A stretch of 64,000 nucleotides of DNA from Syntrophales bacterium (GTDB taxonomy: Bacteria; Desulfobacterota; Syntrophia; Syntrophales; UBA2210): contig CAXXKT010000001.1 of NCBI GenBank assembly GCA_963662405.2, positions 1,472,001-1,536,000 of the forward strand. The letters are read 5' to 3'. The position numbers and the translations under genes were made by a program. The notes below the pieces were generated by a model. It was given only the letters and a program-made list of their open reading frames with translations. It did no database searches and was not told the DNA's origin. Shown in pieces: positions 1 through 10,621 of this stretch; the stretch's first letter is position 1, and each line of letters begins with the position of its first letter.

Positions 1-52
1 CAACAATCAGAATATTAATGTCTTCCATTACATGCCTCCCAGCCCTCCTGCC

Positions 53-1429
53 CTATTGGACGGGTAATCGAACACTAAAGACGGCCCCCATGCCCTCATG
101 GCTTTCCGCGATCAATTTACCCCCGTGGTTTTCAATGATACCCAGGCTGATGCTCAAGCCCAAACCGGTTCCCATATCTTTTGTCGTATAAAAGGGATCA
201 AAAATCTTTTGAATTTCATTTTGACTGATCCCCGGACCCGTGTCTTCAAAGACGATGTCCAGCACGCGCCGCTGTTCGTGGTAAATCGCACTGATCCTGA
301 GCATGCCGCCTTCAACCATGGCTTGCTGGGCATTGACAATGAGGTTCATAAAAACCTGTTGCATCTGATCCTCATCAAATAAAATCTTAGGGAGATTATC
401 GCGAATGTCCTTGATAAATTTGATGTTACGGAAGTCCTTGTGATAGGCAACCAGGCTGATTGTCTTATTGAGCACGGCGATGATATCGTGACATTTCTTT
501 TCAGGCTGGCTTTGCCGGGCAAAATCCAAAAGCCCCTTGATGATCTTCTTGCATCGTTCTGTTTCCCGAATGACAATGTCGATATCCTTTTGGACCTGCT
601 CTTGATCCGCGCATTCCTCTTTAATGAAGTGAGAGAAGTTGAGAATACCGGTGAGGGGGCTGTTAAGCTCATGGGCAATTCCGGCGGAAAGATTCCCTAA
701 AGAAGCCAGCTTTTCACTTTGGATCAGCAGATTCTGCTGTCGCACCAACTCCTCGTTTGCCTCTTCGAGCTCCGTGCCTTTTTTGTCCAGTTGCAGCGTT
801 AAATCAAAGAGATCCTGACCGCGACGGTGAAGACTCCGGGAGATGGAGCTGGTCATGTAAACCGTCAGGAGGATGATGGTCGTGAACGAGGCCATGACCG
901 TAATGAGACGTGGTGTATTGTGCCAAAGCTCGATGGCGGTAAGCCCGTCAATGCGGTAATGCGGAATGATGCCGAACCAGGAAAGACCTACCAAAACGCT
1001 GACGAGCAGGAAACAGACGATGGCCTGATACCAGATATCGCGACCGGTCAAGAAGATGCTTCCCAGAACCATGTGAAAGACGGAAAAAAAGAGGAATGGA
1101 TTTTCGAGCCCACCGCTGAAATAAACCATAAAAATCAACGCCAGAAGATCGAGACCGATCTGCAGGTTTGCCTCAATGCGGAGGGATTTGGCTGATGGCT
1201 TGTATCGTGAAAAAAACCCCTTGTGAAGCAGGTAAAAGAAACAATTGTACAGCAGGACCATCCCGGCGATCAGCAGGATCGGGAACAACGGCAATTTGAA
1301 ATGGAACCCCTTGATGGCAAAAAAGAGCAACAGGGTCAAGACGAGTAAAAAAACCCATCTGAGCTGAACACACCATCCCAAACGTGCCTGTAATTCATCT
1401 TCCGAGGGCTTATAAATGGGCATAACCAT
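53..1429 (-). CDS. Membrane-bound sensor histidine kinase (HisKA + HATPase_c)
   Basis: Several N-terminal TM segments; H-box AGIAHELNSPL; N-box QVFMNLIVNA; G boxes DTGPGI and GTGLGLS. Confidence 0.92.
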   Translation of the reverse strand: MVMPIYKPSEDELQARLGWCVQLRWVFLLVLTLLLFFAIKGFHFKLPLFPILLIAGMVLLYNCFFYLLHKGFFSRYKPSAKSLRIEANLQIGLDLLALIFMVYFSGGLENPFLFFSVFHMVLGSIFLTGRDIWYQAIVCFLLVSVLVGLSWFGIIPHYRIDGLTAIELWHNTPRLITVMASFTTIILLTVYMTSSISRSLHRRGQDLFDLTLQLDKKGTELEEANEELVRQQNLLIQSEKLASLGNLSAGIAHELNSPLTGILNFSHFIKEECADQEQVQKDIDIVIRETERCKKIIKGLLDFARQSQPEKKCHDIIAVLNKTISLVAYHKDFRNIKFIKDIRDNLPKILFDEDQMQQVFMNLIVNAQQAMVEGGMLRISAIYHEQRRVLDIVFEDTGPGISQNEIQKIFDPFYTTKDMGTGLGLSISLGIIENHGGKLIAESHEGMGAVFSVRLPVQ

Positions 1430-1476
1430 CCCCTTCTAACTCCTTCCTATAAGAGATACCCGATGATGTCAACTGC

Positions 1477-1620
1477 TGTATACGGCAGATATACAATCGT
1501 GGCGGGGCACGTGGGGGTGCTTTGGGGAGAGGTATTCCTTAATGCTATATATAAACAATGAGTTGGCATGGTTCGGCGGCGAGGTAATAGATCGTATTGT
1601 ATAAATAAAATATACAATAC
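1477..1620. promoter_or_regulatory. Two copies of palindrome TGTATA-N7-TATACA (1477-1495 and 1598-1616); putative activator binding sites
   Basis: Read directly; the second copy extends to a perfect 10-bp inverted repeat GTATTGTATA/TATACAATAC (1594-1620). Confidence 0.55.
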
Positions 1621-1723
1621 ATCCCCCCCCGGAACCCCGCCGCAGACTCGCATAGAAACAAATTTACAATATATCTTCAATTATAACAGGACATTGCACT
1701 TTTTTACCGGGATCGAATTTCTC

Positions 1724-1740
1724 CTGGCACATTCGTTGAT
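1724..1740 (+). promoter_or_regulatory. Putative sigma54 (-24/-12) promoter
   Basis: CTGGCACATTCGTTGAT versus consensus YTGGCACGNNNNTTGCW (-12 GA instead of GC); followed by RBS AAGGAGG and ATG 1777. Confidence 0.55.
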
Positions 1741-1776
1741 ATGAATAAAGTCAAAAATCAGAAGGAGGACCGAGAA

Positions 1777-2262
1777 ATGAACGAACTGAAACGAGCAATT
1801 GGTTATGTCTGTGATATCCCCGTGACCGGAACGAATATGATCATCGGCAAGGAAGATCAGCGTATGCGCCTGATCAAGTACGCCGAGAAAGAAAACATCG
1901 AATTGGTCCATATTTTTGAGGATAATGCGTATACGGAGGATTTCATGAATCGTCCCGGTCTGCAAAAGGTCCTTACCATGCTTCACGAATATGACACGGT
2001 ATTGGTCGAACGTGCCTGGGTCTTGACCACAAGGAAAAAGGACCTGATGCCGTTCCTGGAGATGATTGAATCCAAGCAAACCAGGCTTGTGGCGACGGCC
2101 TATCTGTGGGATTGCCTGCACCAGATACTTCGTCGCCGTTATGCCGATACGCTCGGATTCAAACCGGCCGGGATTATGGAAAAGACACGTTACAATATCC
2201 TGGAGATGAACCCGAGACAAATGGACGAGGTTGTCTGTACCCAAGATGCCAGTGTGGCCTGA
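1777..2262 (+). CDS. Serine recombinase/resolvase catalytic-domain homolog, catalytic motif degenerate, no DNA-binding domain
   Basis: AIGYV..., FED...RPGLQKVL...DTVLV resolvase pattern; Y-x-R-V-S replaced by YVCDI; start moved to ATG 1777 after RBS AAGGAGG. Confidence 0.65.
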   Translation: MNELKRAIGYVCDIPVTGTNMIIGKEDQRMRLIKYAEKENIELVHIFEDNAYTEDFMNRPGLQKVLTMLHEYDTVLVERAWVLTTRKKDLMPFLEMIESKQTRLVATAYLWDCLHQILRRRYADTLGFKPAGIMEKTRYNILEMNPRQMDEVVCTQDASVA

Positions 2263-2546
2263 GAAGATCAGGTATTGACCGGCAAAACGCTGGTGCTCCG
2301 GTGGACTGCTCAGAAGAGAAGGAGGAGAGATAGCGCAAGACGGAAGCGAATAAAGCGTGTGAACCGCCACACGGCAATGAACGGCACAAAGAGAAGGCGT
2401 CGTTCGGTCGCTTGCGAGATGGGGACCATCTCACCCCCTTTCTTTTTCAGCGTGACACCTTCCCGTGAGGCGGCACTGTGTCCACAATCCCTTGCTGGAG
2501 TCGGATACAGCGATCAGAAGAGAAAGTCATAAGGAGAACGTGACAA

Positions 2547-3962
2547 ATGGAACAGTTGAACAGAACGAGATACGGGGGAAAGCTGAGGACCGCCGAGGCG
2601 GTGGCCCGGATGATCACGTCCGGCGACCGGATCTTCTTTTCCGAATTTGTCCTCCGACCCGAATCATTTGATACGGCCCTCGCCGATCGTGCCGATGAAC
2701 TGACAAATGTTACCATAGAAGGTTTATGTATTGCCAAGGTTCCCCATTTTATCGAGGCAGACCCGAAACGGCGGCACTTTATTTACAATGACTGGCACTT
2801 TTCCGGGGTGAGCAGGAGACTGTACCGGCAGGGTCTGTGCAGCTACATTCCCCTTACCTATCACCAGGGACCCCGGATCATTCGGAAATACAAGGAGTAT
2901 GATTTCGTGGTGGTGAGCGCGCGGCCCATGGACGGGCAGGGATATTTCAACTACGGCGTCTCCAACTCCCTCACCTCGGCGGCCATTACCAAGGCCAGGA
3001 AGGTCATCGTCGAGATCAACGAGAGCATGCCCCACTGCCTCGGGGGCAATCAGGAATCGGTGCACGTATCGCGGGTCGATTATATCATCGAGGGGAACAA
3101 TCCCCCGATGATCGAGATTCCCCCTGCCCAACCCTCGGAGACGGACACCCTGATCGCCCGGCACATCATGACGGAGATCGAAGACGGGGCCTGCCTCCAA
3201 CTCGGCATCGGCGGTCTGCCCAACGTCATCGGTGCCATGATTGCGGAGAGCGACCTGAAGGACCTGGGGATCCACACGGAGATGCTGGTTGATTCCATGG
3301 TGGACCTCTACGAGGCCGGGAAGATCACGGGGAACCGGAAGACGGCGGACCGTTTCAAGATGGTCTATACCTTTGCCATGGGGACCGGCAAGCTCTATGA
3401 GTTCCTGCACCACAATCCGGCCTGCGCCTCGTACCCGGTGAACTACACCAACGATCCCCGGGTGATGTCCTTCAACAGCAAGGTGACGGCCGTCAACAAC
3501 GCCATCGAGGTGGACCTGTTCAGTCAGGTCTGCTCCGAATCCGTCGGGACCTCCCAGATTTCCGGGACGGGGGGACAGTTCGACCTTATCTTCGGTGCCT
3601 TCAATTCGCGGGGCGGCAAGGGGATCATCGGCCTGAGCTCGACGTTCCAGGACAAGGACGGAAATGTTCACTCGCGGATCGTCCCCACGCTCCGGCCGGG
3701 TTCCATCGTCACCGTTCCCCGATCCTGCGTGCAGTACATCGCCACCGAGTACGGGATTGTCCAGCTCAAGGGGAAATCGACATGGGAGCGTGCGGAGGCG
3801 CTGATCAGTATCGCCCATCCCCGGTTTCGTGACGACCTCATGAAACAGGCGCGGGAGATGAAGATCTGGCTCGATCGTGCTGATGACCAGAATCGATATA
3901 GTTTTGACCCTCACGTTACAGACCGCTCTTCCAATTCTGTTGAAGTAACCTGTTCATTGTGA
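2547..3962 (+). CDS. Acetyl-CoA hydrolase/transferase family (butyryl-CoA/4-hydroxybutyrate CoA-transferase-like)
   Basis: LQLGIGG, GIHTEM (catalytic Glu), SGTGGQ.D and IATEYG motifs. Confidence 0.9.
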   Translation: MEQLNRTRYGGKLRTAEAVARMITSGDRIFFSEFVLRPESFDTALADRADELTNVTIEGLCIAKVPHFIEADPKRRHFIYNDWHFSGVSRRLYRQGLCSYIPLTYHQGPRIIRKYKEYDFVVVSARPMDGQGYFNYGVSNSLTSAAITKARKVIVEINESMPHCLGGNQESVHVSRVDYIIEGNNPPMIEIPPAQPSETDTLIARHIMTEIEDGACLQLGIGGLPNVIGAMIAESDLKDLGIHTEMLVDSMVDLYEAGKITGNRKTADRFKMVYTFAMGTGKLYEFLHHNPACASYPVNYTNDPRVMSFNSKVTAVNNAIEVDLFSQVCSESVGTSQISGTGGQFDLIFGAFNSRGGKGIIGLSSTFQDKDGNVHSRIVPTLRPGSIVTVPRSCVQYIATEYGIVQLKGKSTWERAEALISIAHPRFRDDLMKQAREMKIWLDRADDQNRYSFDPHVTDRSSNSVEVTCSL

Positions 3963-4001
3963 TAGAGATCCAGCAATTTCATCGCGGTAGTGGAGAGGTA
4001 T

Positions 4002-5462
4002 ATGGAAGGAAACTTGGGGAAGATGCTGGTGAATACGCGAGCTGCTTGTGCGGATCGGGTATCCCTTATATATAAGGATACGATCGTTTCCTATGCTGAA
4101 CTGGACCAAGCGGTCAATGCCTTTGGTAGCCGGTTGCGAGCCCTTGGCGTAACCAAGGGGGACCGGGTGGCGATCATGCTTCCCAATATACCGGAATTTG
4201 TCGTGGCTTACTTTGCCGCGTTGAAACTTGGCGCCACGGCGGTGACCATCAATGTCATGTCGACCCCCTACGAGCTTCTCTATCTTCTCGGTAACTGCGA
4301 GGCAAAGGTTTGTATCACCGTCCCTTCGTCGGCAAAACGGTTCCAAGAGATACGAAAACAGCTGCCGCAACTCGAGCACCTGATCACGACCGACGAGACC
4401 GCCGGCACTCTCTCCATAGATGAATCACTGGAAAGAGAACCCCACACGCTTGAGATGCCGGAGATCATGGGTGAGGAGCCCGCCGTGATGATCTATACCT
4501 CAGGACTGACGGGGAAACCGCTCGGTGCCGTCCTGACCCACCACAATCTCTCTACCCAAGCTTCCCTCCTGGAGGAGGTCTTGAACGGAACACCGGACGA
4601 CAGGGGTTTGTGCCTCATCCCTCTCTTTCATTCTTTCGGTGCCGTAGCCAATATGCTGATGGTCCTGAAGACGGGGGCCAGTGTCGTTATGCTCGATCAG
4701 TTCAATCTTGAGGCCCTCTTCAAGACGGTAGAGGAACAGAAGGTTTCTTATATCGCCGCCGTCCCGAGGGTTTTCCTGGGGATGCTCCTCTATGAGGGGG
4801 CGGACCGATACGACATGAATTCTCTGCGGTTTTGCATCACCGGCGGTTCGGCGATGCCGCCGGAATACATCCCGATGTTCGAAAAAAAGTTCGGGGTTAT
4901 CCTGTTTCAGGGATATGGGCTGACGGAGGCATCCCCCGTTTGCTCGGTCAACAGGGTCGACCGCGTGCAAAAAGTCGGCTCTATCGGAACGCCGATACCC
5001 GGTGTCGAGGCGCGAGTCATGAACGGCAGCGAATCTTCCCTGGCGGCGGAGGAGATAGGAGAGCTTGTCATCCGCGGCCCCAATGTTATGAAGAGTTATT
5101 ACCGCAATGATGAGGCAACCGCCGAGGTGATCCACGACGGGTGGCTCCACACCGGGGATCTGGCTCGGATCGATGAAGATGGGTATATCTTCCTCGAAGG
5201 GCGCAAAAAACGGATGATTATCACCAGCGGATTCAATGTATATCCCGCCGAGATCGAAAACGTCCTCAGGATGCACCCGGCCGTCATGGACGCACGGATC
5301 ATCGGTCAGGAGAATCTCATGCGAGGAGAGATCGTCAAGGCCCTTATCGTAAAAAAAGAGGGGTTTTCTCTCAATAAAACTGATATTACTAAGCACTGTA
5401 GGACATATCTTTCTTCATACAAATCTCCCCGGGAGGTGGAGTTTGTAGAGAGACTTGATTAA
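4002..5462 (+). CDS. Long-chain acyl-CoA synthetase (AMP-forming)
   Basis: YTSGLTGKPLG, GYGLTE and LHTGD motifs; ATG 4002 after GGAGAGG (track start 3990). Confidence 0.9.
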   Translation: MEGNLGKMLVNTRAACADRVSLIYKDTIVSYAELDQAVNAFGSRLRALGVTKGDRVAIMLPNIPEFVVAYFAALKLGATAVTINVMSTPYELLYLLGNCEAKVCITVPSSAKRFQEIRKQLPQLEHLITTDETAGTLSIDESLEREPHTLEMPEIMGEEPAVMIYTSGLTGKPLGAVLTHHNLSTQASLLEEVLNGTPDDRGLCLIPLFHSFGAVANMLMVLKTGASVVMLDQFNLEALFKTVEEQKVSYIAAVPRVFLGMLLYEGADRYDMNSLRFCITGGSAMPPEYIPMFEKKFGVILFQGYGLTEASPVCSVNRVDRVQKVGSIGTPIPGVEARVMNGSESSLAAEEIGELVIRGPNVMKSYYRNDEATAEVIHDGWLHTGDLARIDEDGYIFLEGRKKRMIITSGFNVYPAEIENVLRMHPAVMDARIIGQENLMRGEIVKALIVKKEGFSLNKTDITKHCRTYLSSYKSPREVEFVERLD

Positions 5463-5513
5463 ACAAGAACAGCAAATCCTCCCTGACAGACGCGTGACGA
5501 AAGGAGACGTAAC

Positions 5514-6809
5514 ATGCGAGAAGTGGTTATCGTAAACGGAGCACGGACCGCCGTCGGCACATTCGGTGGGTCCCTCAAGGATGTACGGTGTGTTGATCTC
5601 GGTTCCCTGGTTATCAAAGAGGCGATCAAGAGGGCTGGTCTCAGGCCGACTATTTCCGATTTTATAAAATCATGCCGTGCGGATGCCTTCGGAGAATTCG
5701 AAAAGACACCGATAAATGAAAAACATTATGATTATGACAATTCTCTGATCCCTACATACTTTGATGAATGTATCATGGGGAACGTTTTGCAGGGTGGTCA
5801 GGGGCAGAACCCCGGACGTCAGGCGGCCATCTATGCCGGGTTGCCCGAGGAAACAACCGCGATCACGGTCAACAAGATCTGTGCGTCGGGGATGAAGGCG
5901 ATTGCCCTGGGTGCCCAGGCGATCAAGGCGGGAGATGCGGATATCGTCGTTGCCGGCGGTATGGAGTCGATGAGTCAGGCACCGTACGGCCTCCCGAAGG
6001 CCCGGTGGGGGTATCGGATGGATATGCCCTTCGGTCAGATCACCGATATCATGGTCCATGACGGCCTCTACGAGATCTTCAACAAGTACCACATGGGATT
6101 TACCGCCGAGAACATTGCCGCACTCTATGGGATTACCCGCGAGGAGCAAGATGAACTCGGTCTTCTCAGCCATGAGAGAGCCCGGGCGGCGATTGCCCGG
6201 GGTGAGTTTGTGGATGAGATCGTCCCGGTCGTCATGCCGCAGCGCAAAGGTGACCCGAAGGTCTTTGATGTTGACGAACGTCCCATGGACACAACCCTGG
6301 AGAAGATGGCCAAACTGGCTCCCGTCTTCACCAAGGACGGAAAGGGAACGGTCACTGCCGGGAATGCCTCCGGGATCAACGATGCCGCTGCGGCCGTTGT
6401 CTTGATGAGCGCCGAAAAGGCCCGGGAGATGGGTCTCAAACCCTTGGCAAAGATCAAGGGATACGCGTCGGGCGGCGTGGATACCGCCTATATGGGCCTG
6501 GGTCCCATCCCCGCTACCCGGAAGGTCATGCATCAGTTGGGGCTGACGGTCAAGGATATGGACTACATCGAACTGAATGAGGCATTCGCCTGCCAGGCGA
6601 TCGCCTGCATGCGCGAACTGGGGATCGGCCTCGACAATTGCAACCTCAATGGGAGCGGGATCTCCATCGGGCATCCCATCGGCTGCACCGGGGCGCGGAT
6701 TACCTACAGCCTCGCCATGCAGATGCAGAAGAAAGACCTCAATCTCGGGCTGGCCACGCTCTGCATCGGGGGAGGCCAAGGGATGGCAATGGTCCTCGAA
6801 CGGGTATAG
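5514..6809 (+). CDS. Acetyl-CoA C-acetyltransferase (thiolase)
   Basis: NKICASG, NEAF, GHPIG and LCIGGG motifs. Confidence 0.95.
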   Translation: MREVVIVNGARTAVGTFGGSLKDVRCVDLGSLVIKEAIKRAGLRPTISDFIKSCRADAFGEFEKTPINEKHYDYDNSLIPTYFDECIMGNVLQGGQGQNPGRQAAIYAGLPEETTAITVNKICASGMKAIALGAQAIKAGDADIVVAGGMESMSQAPYGLPKARWGYRMDMPFGQITDIMVHDGLYEIFNKYHMGFTAENIAALYGITREEQDELGLLSHERARAAIARGEFVDEIVPVVMPQRKGDPKVFDVDERPMDTTLEKMAKLAPVFTKDGKGTVTAGNASGINDAAAAVVLMSAEKAREMGLKPLAKIKGYASGGVDTAYMGLGPIPATRKVMHQLGLTVKDMDYIELNEAFACQAIACMRELGIGLDNCNLNGSGISIGHPIGCTGARITYSLAMQMQKKDLNLGLATLCIGGGQGMAMVLERV

Positions 6810-6836
6810 ACTCAACTACGCAAAGGAGAACGAGAG

Positions 6837-7694
6837 ATGGAAGTGAAAACATTCGGCGTCATCGGTGCCGGTCAGATGGGGAACGGGATCGCCCAGGTCG
6901 TTGCGCATCAGGGTGGGCTGAAGGTCATCATGAACGATATCGCAGATGAATTCGTCGAGAGAGGCTATGCAGCCATTGCGAAACGTCTCGACGGGATGGT
7001 CGCCAAGGAGCGGATTACTAAGGAGAACAAGGAAGAGATCCTCAGCCGGATCACGAAGAGTACCAATCTTGAAGATATGAAAGGGGCCGATTTCGTCGTG
7101 GAGGCGGCCACCGAGCGGGAAGACCTGAAACTCGATATTTTCAGAAAACTGGATGGAATCTGCGCCCCCGGGGTTATCCTCGCATCCAACACCTCCTCGA
7201 TCCCGATTACGCGGATAGCGAGCGTGACGAAGAGACCGGAGAAGATTATCGGGATGCACTTTATGAATCCCGTTCCCGCAATGAAACTGATAGAGGTCAT
7301 CCGCGGATTGGCTACGGAACCGGCGACCTTTGACCTGACGGAACAATTGGCCCGGCAGTTCGGCAAGACCCCTGTCGAGTGCAATGACTTCCCCGGCTTT
7401 ATCCTGAACCGGATCCTGATCTCGATGATCAATGAAGGGATCTATACCCTCTATGAGGGCGTGGGAAGCGCCGAGGCGATTGACAGTATGATGAAACTGG
7501 GGGCCAATCACCCCATGGGGCCGCTGGAATTGGCAGATCTCGTTGGCCTCGATGTCTGTCTCGCGATTATGGAGACGCTCTACACGGGACTGGGGGATCC
7601 CAAATATCGTCCGTGCCCGCTCCTCAAGAAATATGTCGCTGCGGGCTTTTTGGGAAGAAAAACGGGGAGGGGTTTTTATAACTACCCCGGCTGA
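6837..7694 (+). CDS. hbd: 3-hydroxybutyryl-CoA dehydrogenase
   Basis: GAGQMG Rossmann motif; ASNTSS; GMHFMNP; HPMGPL. Confidence 0.9.
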   Translation: MEVKTFGVIGAGQMGNGIAQVVAHQGGLKVIMNDIADEFVERGYAAIAKRLDGMVAKERITKENKEEILSRITKSTNLEDMKGADFVVEAATEREDLKLDIFRKLDGICAPGVILASNTSSIPITRIASVTKRPEKIIGMHFMNPVPAMKLIEVIRGLATEPATFDLTEQLARQFGKTPVECNDFPGFILNRILISMINEGIYTLYEGVGSAEAIDSMMKLGANHPMGPLELADLVGLDVCLAIMETLYTGLGDPKYRPCPLLKKYVAAGFLGRKTGRGFYNYPG

Positions 7695-7744
7695 TCGGTT
7701 TGAGCAATCAGCCCAATATAGAGTAGTAGGAAGGAAGAAGCACT

Positions 7745-8893
7745 ATGAATTTTCAGCCAACGGAAGAACAACAGATGGTCAAGGAGATGGTGGCACGGTT
7801 TGTCAATGAAGAGATCAAACCGAAGGCCGAGGAGTTTGACCGAACACACGAGCACCCGCAGGAAGTCGTCCGGAAGCTCGGTGAAATGGGACTAATGGGT
7901 GTTGCAGTTCCCACCGAGTACGACGGCGCCGGTATGGATAACGTCACCTACGTTATGGCCCTGATCGAAATTTCGCGTGGCTGCGCGAGCTGCGGTGTCA
8001 TTACCTCCGTGAACAATTCGCTCTACGGTTATCCTGTTAAAACCTTTGGGACGGATGAACAGAAAAAGAAATTTCTTGCGCCGGTGGCGGGAGGACTGGT
8101 TGAGGGATGCTATGCCCTGACCGAATCGGGCGCAGGGTCGGATGCCGCTGGACTGAGGTGCCGGGCCGAACTCAAAGGCGATAAGTACATCGTCAACGGC
8201 GTCAAGAAATTCATTACCAGCGGCAACGTCGCCGATTACTGCGTGCTGGCGGCAACGGAAGATCCTGCCAAAGGGTACAAGGGCGTTATAAACCTCATCG
8301 TGGATTTGAAGAACACCCCCGGGTTCTCCGTCGGCACCATTGAGGATAAGATGGGCATCCTCGCATCCGGTACGGCGGAACTCGTTTTTGAGGACGCCGA
8401 GGTCCCCGCCGAAAATCTCCTGGGCAAACCCGGAGAGGGATTCAAGCAGATGCTGATGGGACTCGATGCCGGGCGAATCGGCATCGGAGCGCAGGCCTGC
8501 GGTATCGGAAAGGCCGTTCTGGAAGACTCGCTTGCCTACGCACAGGAGCGAGAGCAGTTCGGAAAACCGATCACCTCCTTCCAGGCGATTCAGTGGAAGT
8601 TGGCCGATATGGCAACGGAGATCGATGCTGCGGAAATGCTTTTACTCAAGGCCGCCTGGCTCGAGGACAACGGTCTCGATTTTGAGAAGGAAGCGGCTAT
8701 GGCGAAGATGTACGCCTCCGATGTGACCATGAGAGCCGCCGTAGAAGGTGTTCAGATCTTTGGTGGTTACGGTTACTGTAAGGATTATCCGGCGGAGCGA
8801 CACATGCGGGATGCCAAGATCTGCCAGATCTACGAAGGCACCAACGAAGTGCAACGAATGGTTGTCGCCCGAAAGCTGTTGGGCGCTCGATAA
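7745..8893 (+). CDS. Short-chain (butyryl-CoA-type) acyl-CoA dehydrogenase
   Basis: YALTESGAGSD, REQFGK and QIYEGTNE motifs. Confidence 0.92.
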   Translation: MNFQPTEEQQMVKEMVARFVNEEIKPKAEEFDRTHEHPQEVVRKLGEMGLMGVAVPTEYDGAGMDNVTYVMALIEISRGCASCGVITSVNNSLYGYPVKTFGTDEQKKKFLAPVAGGLVEGCYALTESGAGSDAAGLRCRAELKGDKYIVNGVKKFITSGNVADYCVLAATEDPAKGYKGVINLIVDLKNTPGFSVGTIEDKMGILASGTAELVFEDAEVPAENLLGKPGEGFKQMLMGLDAGRIGIGAQACGIGKAVLEDSLAYAQEREQFGKPITSFQAIQWKLADMATEIDAAEMLLLKAAWLEDNGLDFEKEAAMAKMYASDVTMRAAVEGVQIFGGYGYCKDYPAERHMRDAKICQIYEGTNEVQRMVVARKLLGAR

Positions 8894-8929
8894 CTGGATT
8901 AAAAATAGGACTCTTTCCGGGAGGGCACC

Positions 8930-10618
8930 ATGTTGGAGCTGAACCGTCTTGCACAATATGAAGGGGTAAAAGGCCCGTTACTCCTGATTATCCTGGACGG
9001 TGTGGGGCTGTACCGGGGAGAGGAGGATGGCTATCCGGGCAATGCCGTCGATATGGCGGCTCCACCTACTCTGTGCCGCCTGATGAGGGAAGAACGTATC
9101 GTCCTCCGTCTCAAGGCGCACGGAGTCGCGGTGGGGATGCCGACCGACGCGGATCAGGGAAACAGCGAGATCGGTCACAATGCCATGGGGGCGGGGCGGG
9201 TCGTTGCGCAGGGGGCAAAGCTGGTCGATGAGGCCATCGAGACCGGTCGTCTCTTTGAAGGGGAAACCTGGAAGTCTCTGATCGACAATGCCCGGACGAA
9301 GCACACCCCGATTCACTTTATCGGCCTCATATCCGACGGGAATGTCCATAGCAACATCGCTCATCTGATTGCCCTGATCGGCCGGTGCGACCGGGAGGGT
9401 GTGGAAGAGGTCTATATCCACGGGCTCCTCGACGGACGGGATGTCCCCCCCATAAGCGCTTTGCGCTACTTCGGTGAGCTGGAGGACTATCTCTGGTCAT
9501 TACGGGCGCAGGCCTCTGAACAGGGGACTCGGCGCCGTTACTGTGTCGCCTCCGGGGGCGGCCGGATGGTGACCACCATGGATCGTTACGAGGCGGACTG
9601 GTCGATTGTCGAGCGGGGATATCGCGCCCATGTCCTGGGTGAGGGACCTCGATTCCCCGACTGCCTCACCGCCATTCGAACCTTGCGCGAGCAGGAGCGG
9701 GAGGACGATCAGTACCTTTCTCACTGGGTCGTTCATGATCCGGACGATCCGGCGGTTTCCCTCACGCGGATCGGAGACGGACACGGCGTTGTCCTGTTCA
9801 ACTTCCGGGGGGATCGGGCCATCGAGATCAGCCGTGCCTTTGTGGAAGACGACTTTGCCGGATTCCACCGTCAAAATCATCCTGCCGTCTTCTATGCCGG
9901 GATACTCGAATATGACGAGGATACCCATATGCCCCCCCACTTTCTCGTCTCTCCTCCCGAGATAGATCGAACGGTCTCGGAGTACCTGGCACGCAACGGT
10001 GTTTCGCAGTATGCCGTCAGCGAAACGCAAAAGTTCGGGCACGTGACCTATTTCTGGAACGGGAACAACTCCACCAAGTTTGATTCGAAGACGGAGGAGT
10101 GGGTGGAGATCGAATCCGATCGTCTCCCCTTCGACCAGGCGCCGCAGATGAAGGCCGACGAGATTGCCTCCCATGCCATCGCGGCACTCCAAGCCGGGAC
10201 GTACCGCTTTATTCGCCTGAACTTTCCCAATGGGGACATGGTGGGACACACGGGGTCGCTCCCCGCGGCGATGGAGGCCGTCAGGGCCGTCGATCGGGCG
10301 GTGAAAAGGATCATAGACGCGGCCGACGCAGTTGGCGCAACGGTAATCATAACGGCCGACCATGGAAACTGTGAGCAGATGTACGCCGTTGATGGGAAGA
10401 CGGGGAGACCCGTCATGGGACCCGGCGGGGAGTACCAGCCGCAGACGAGCCACACACTCAACCCGGTTCCTTTCATTATCCATGGGCCCGATACGGGGCG
10501 GTATGAATGTACCGATATCGCAGAACCGGGGCTGGCCAACATTGCCGGCACGCTCCTTTTTCTCCTTGGTTATGAAAGGCCGGACGATTACCTCGAACCG
10601 CTCATCCGGGTCGTCTGA
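8930..10618 (+). CDS. gpmI: 2,3-bisphosphoglycerate-independent phosphoglycerate mutase
   Basis: ILDGVG, GNSEIGH (phospho-Ser), DMVGHTG, TADHGN and HTLNPVP motifs. Confidence 0.93.
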   Translation: MLELNRLAQYEGVKGPLLLIILDGVGLYRGEEDGYPGNAVDMAAPPTLCRLMREERIVLRLKAHGVAVGMPTDADQGNSEIGHNAMGAGRVVAQGAKLVDEAIETGRLFEGETWKSLIDNARTKHTPIHFIGLISDGNVHSNIAHLIALIGRCDREGVEEVYIHGLLDGRDVPPISALRYFGELEDYLWSLRAQASEQGTRRRYCVASGGGRMVTTMDRYEADWSIVERGYRAHVLGEGPRFPDCLTAIRTLREQEREDDQYLSHWVVHDPDDPAVSLTRIGDGHGVVLFNFRGDRAIEISRAFVEDDFAGFHRQNHPAVFYAGILEYDEDTHMPPHFLVSPPEIDRTVSEYLARNGVSQYAVSETQKFGHVTYFWNGNNSTKFDSKTEEWVEIESDRLPFDQAPQMKADEIASHAIAALQAGTYRFIRLNFPNGDMVGHTGSLPAAMEAVRAVDRAVKRIIDAADAVGATVIITADHGNCEQMYAVDGKTGRPVMGPGGEYQPQTSHTLNPVPFIIHGPDTGRYECTDIAEPGLANIAGTLLFLLGYERPDDYLEPLIRVV

Positions 10619-10621
10619 GGC

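Noticed and set aside
2275..2532. Arg-rich 85-aa ORF after the recombinase-like gene
   Set aside because: TTG start without a convincing RBS; composition is explained by purine-rich intergenic sequence
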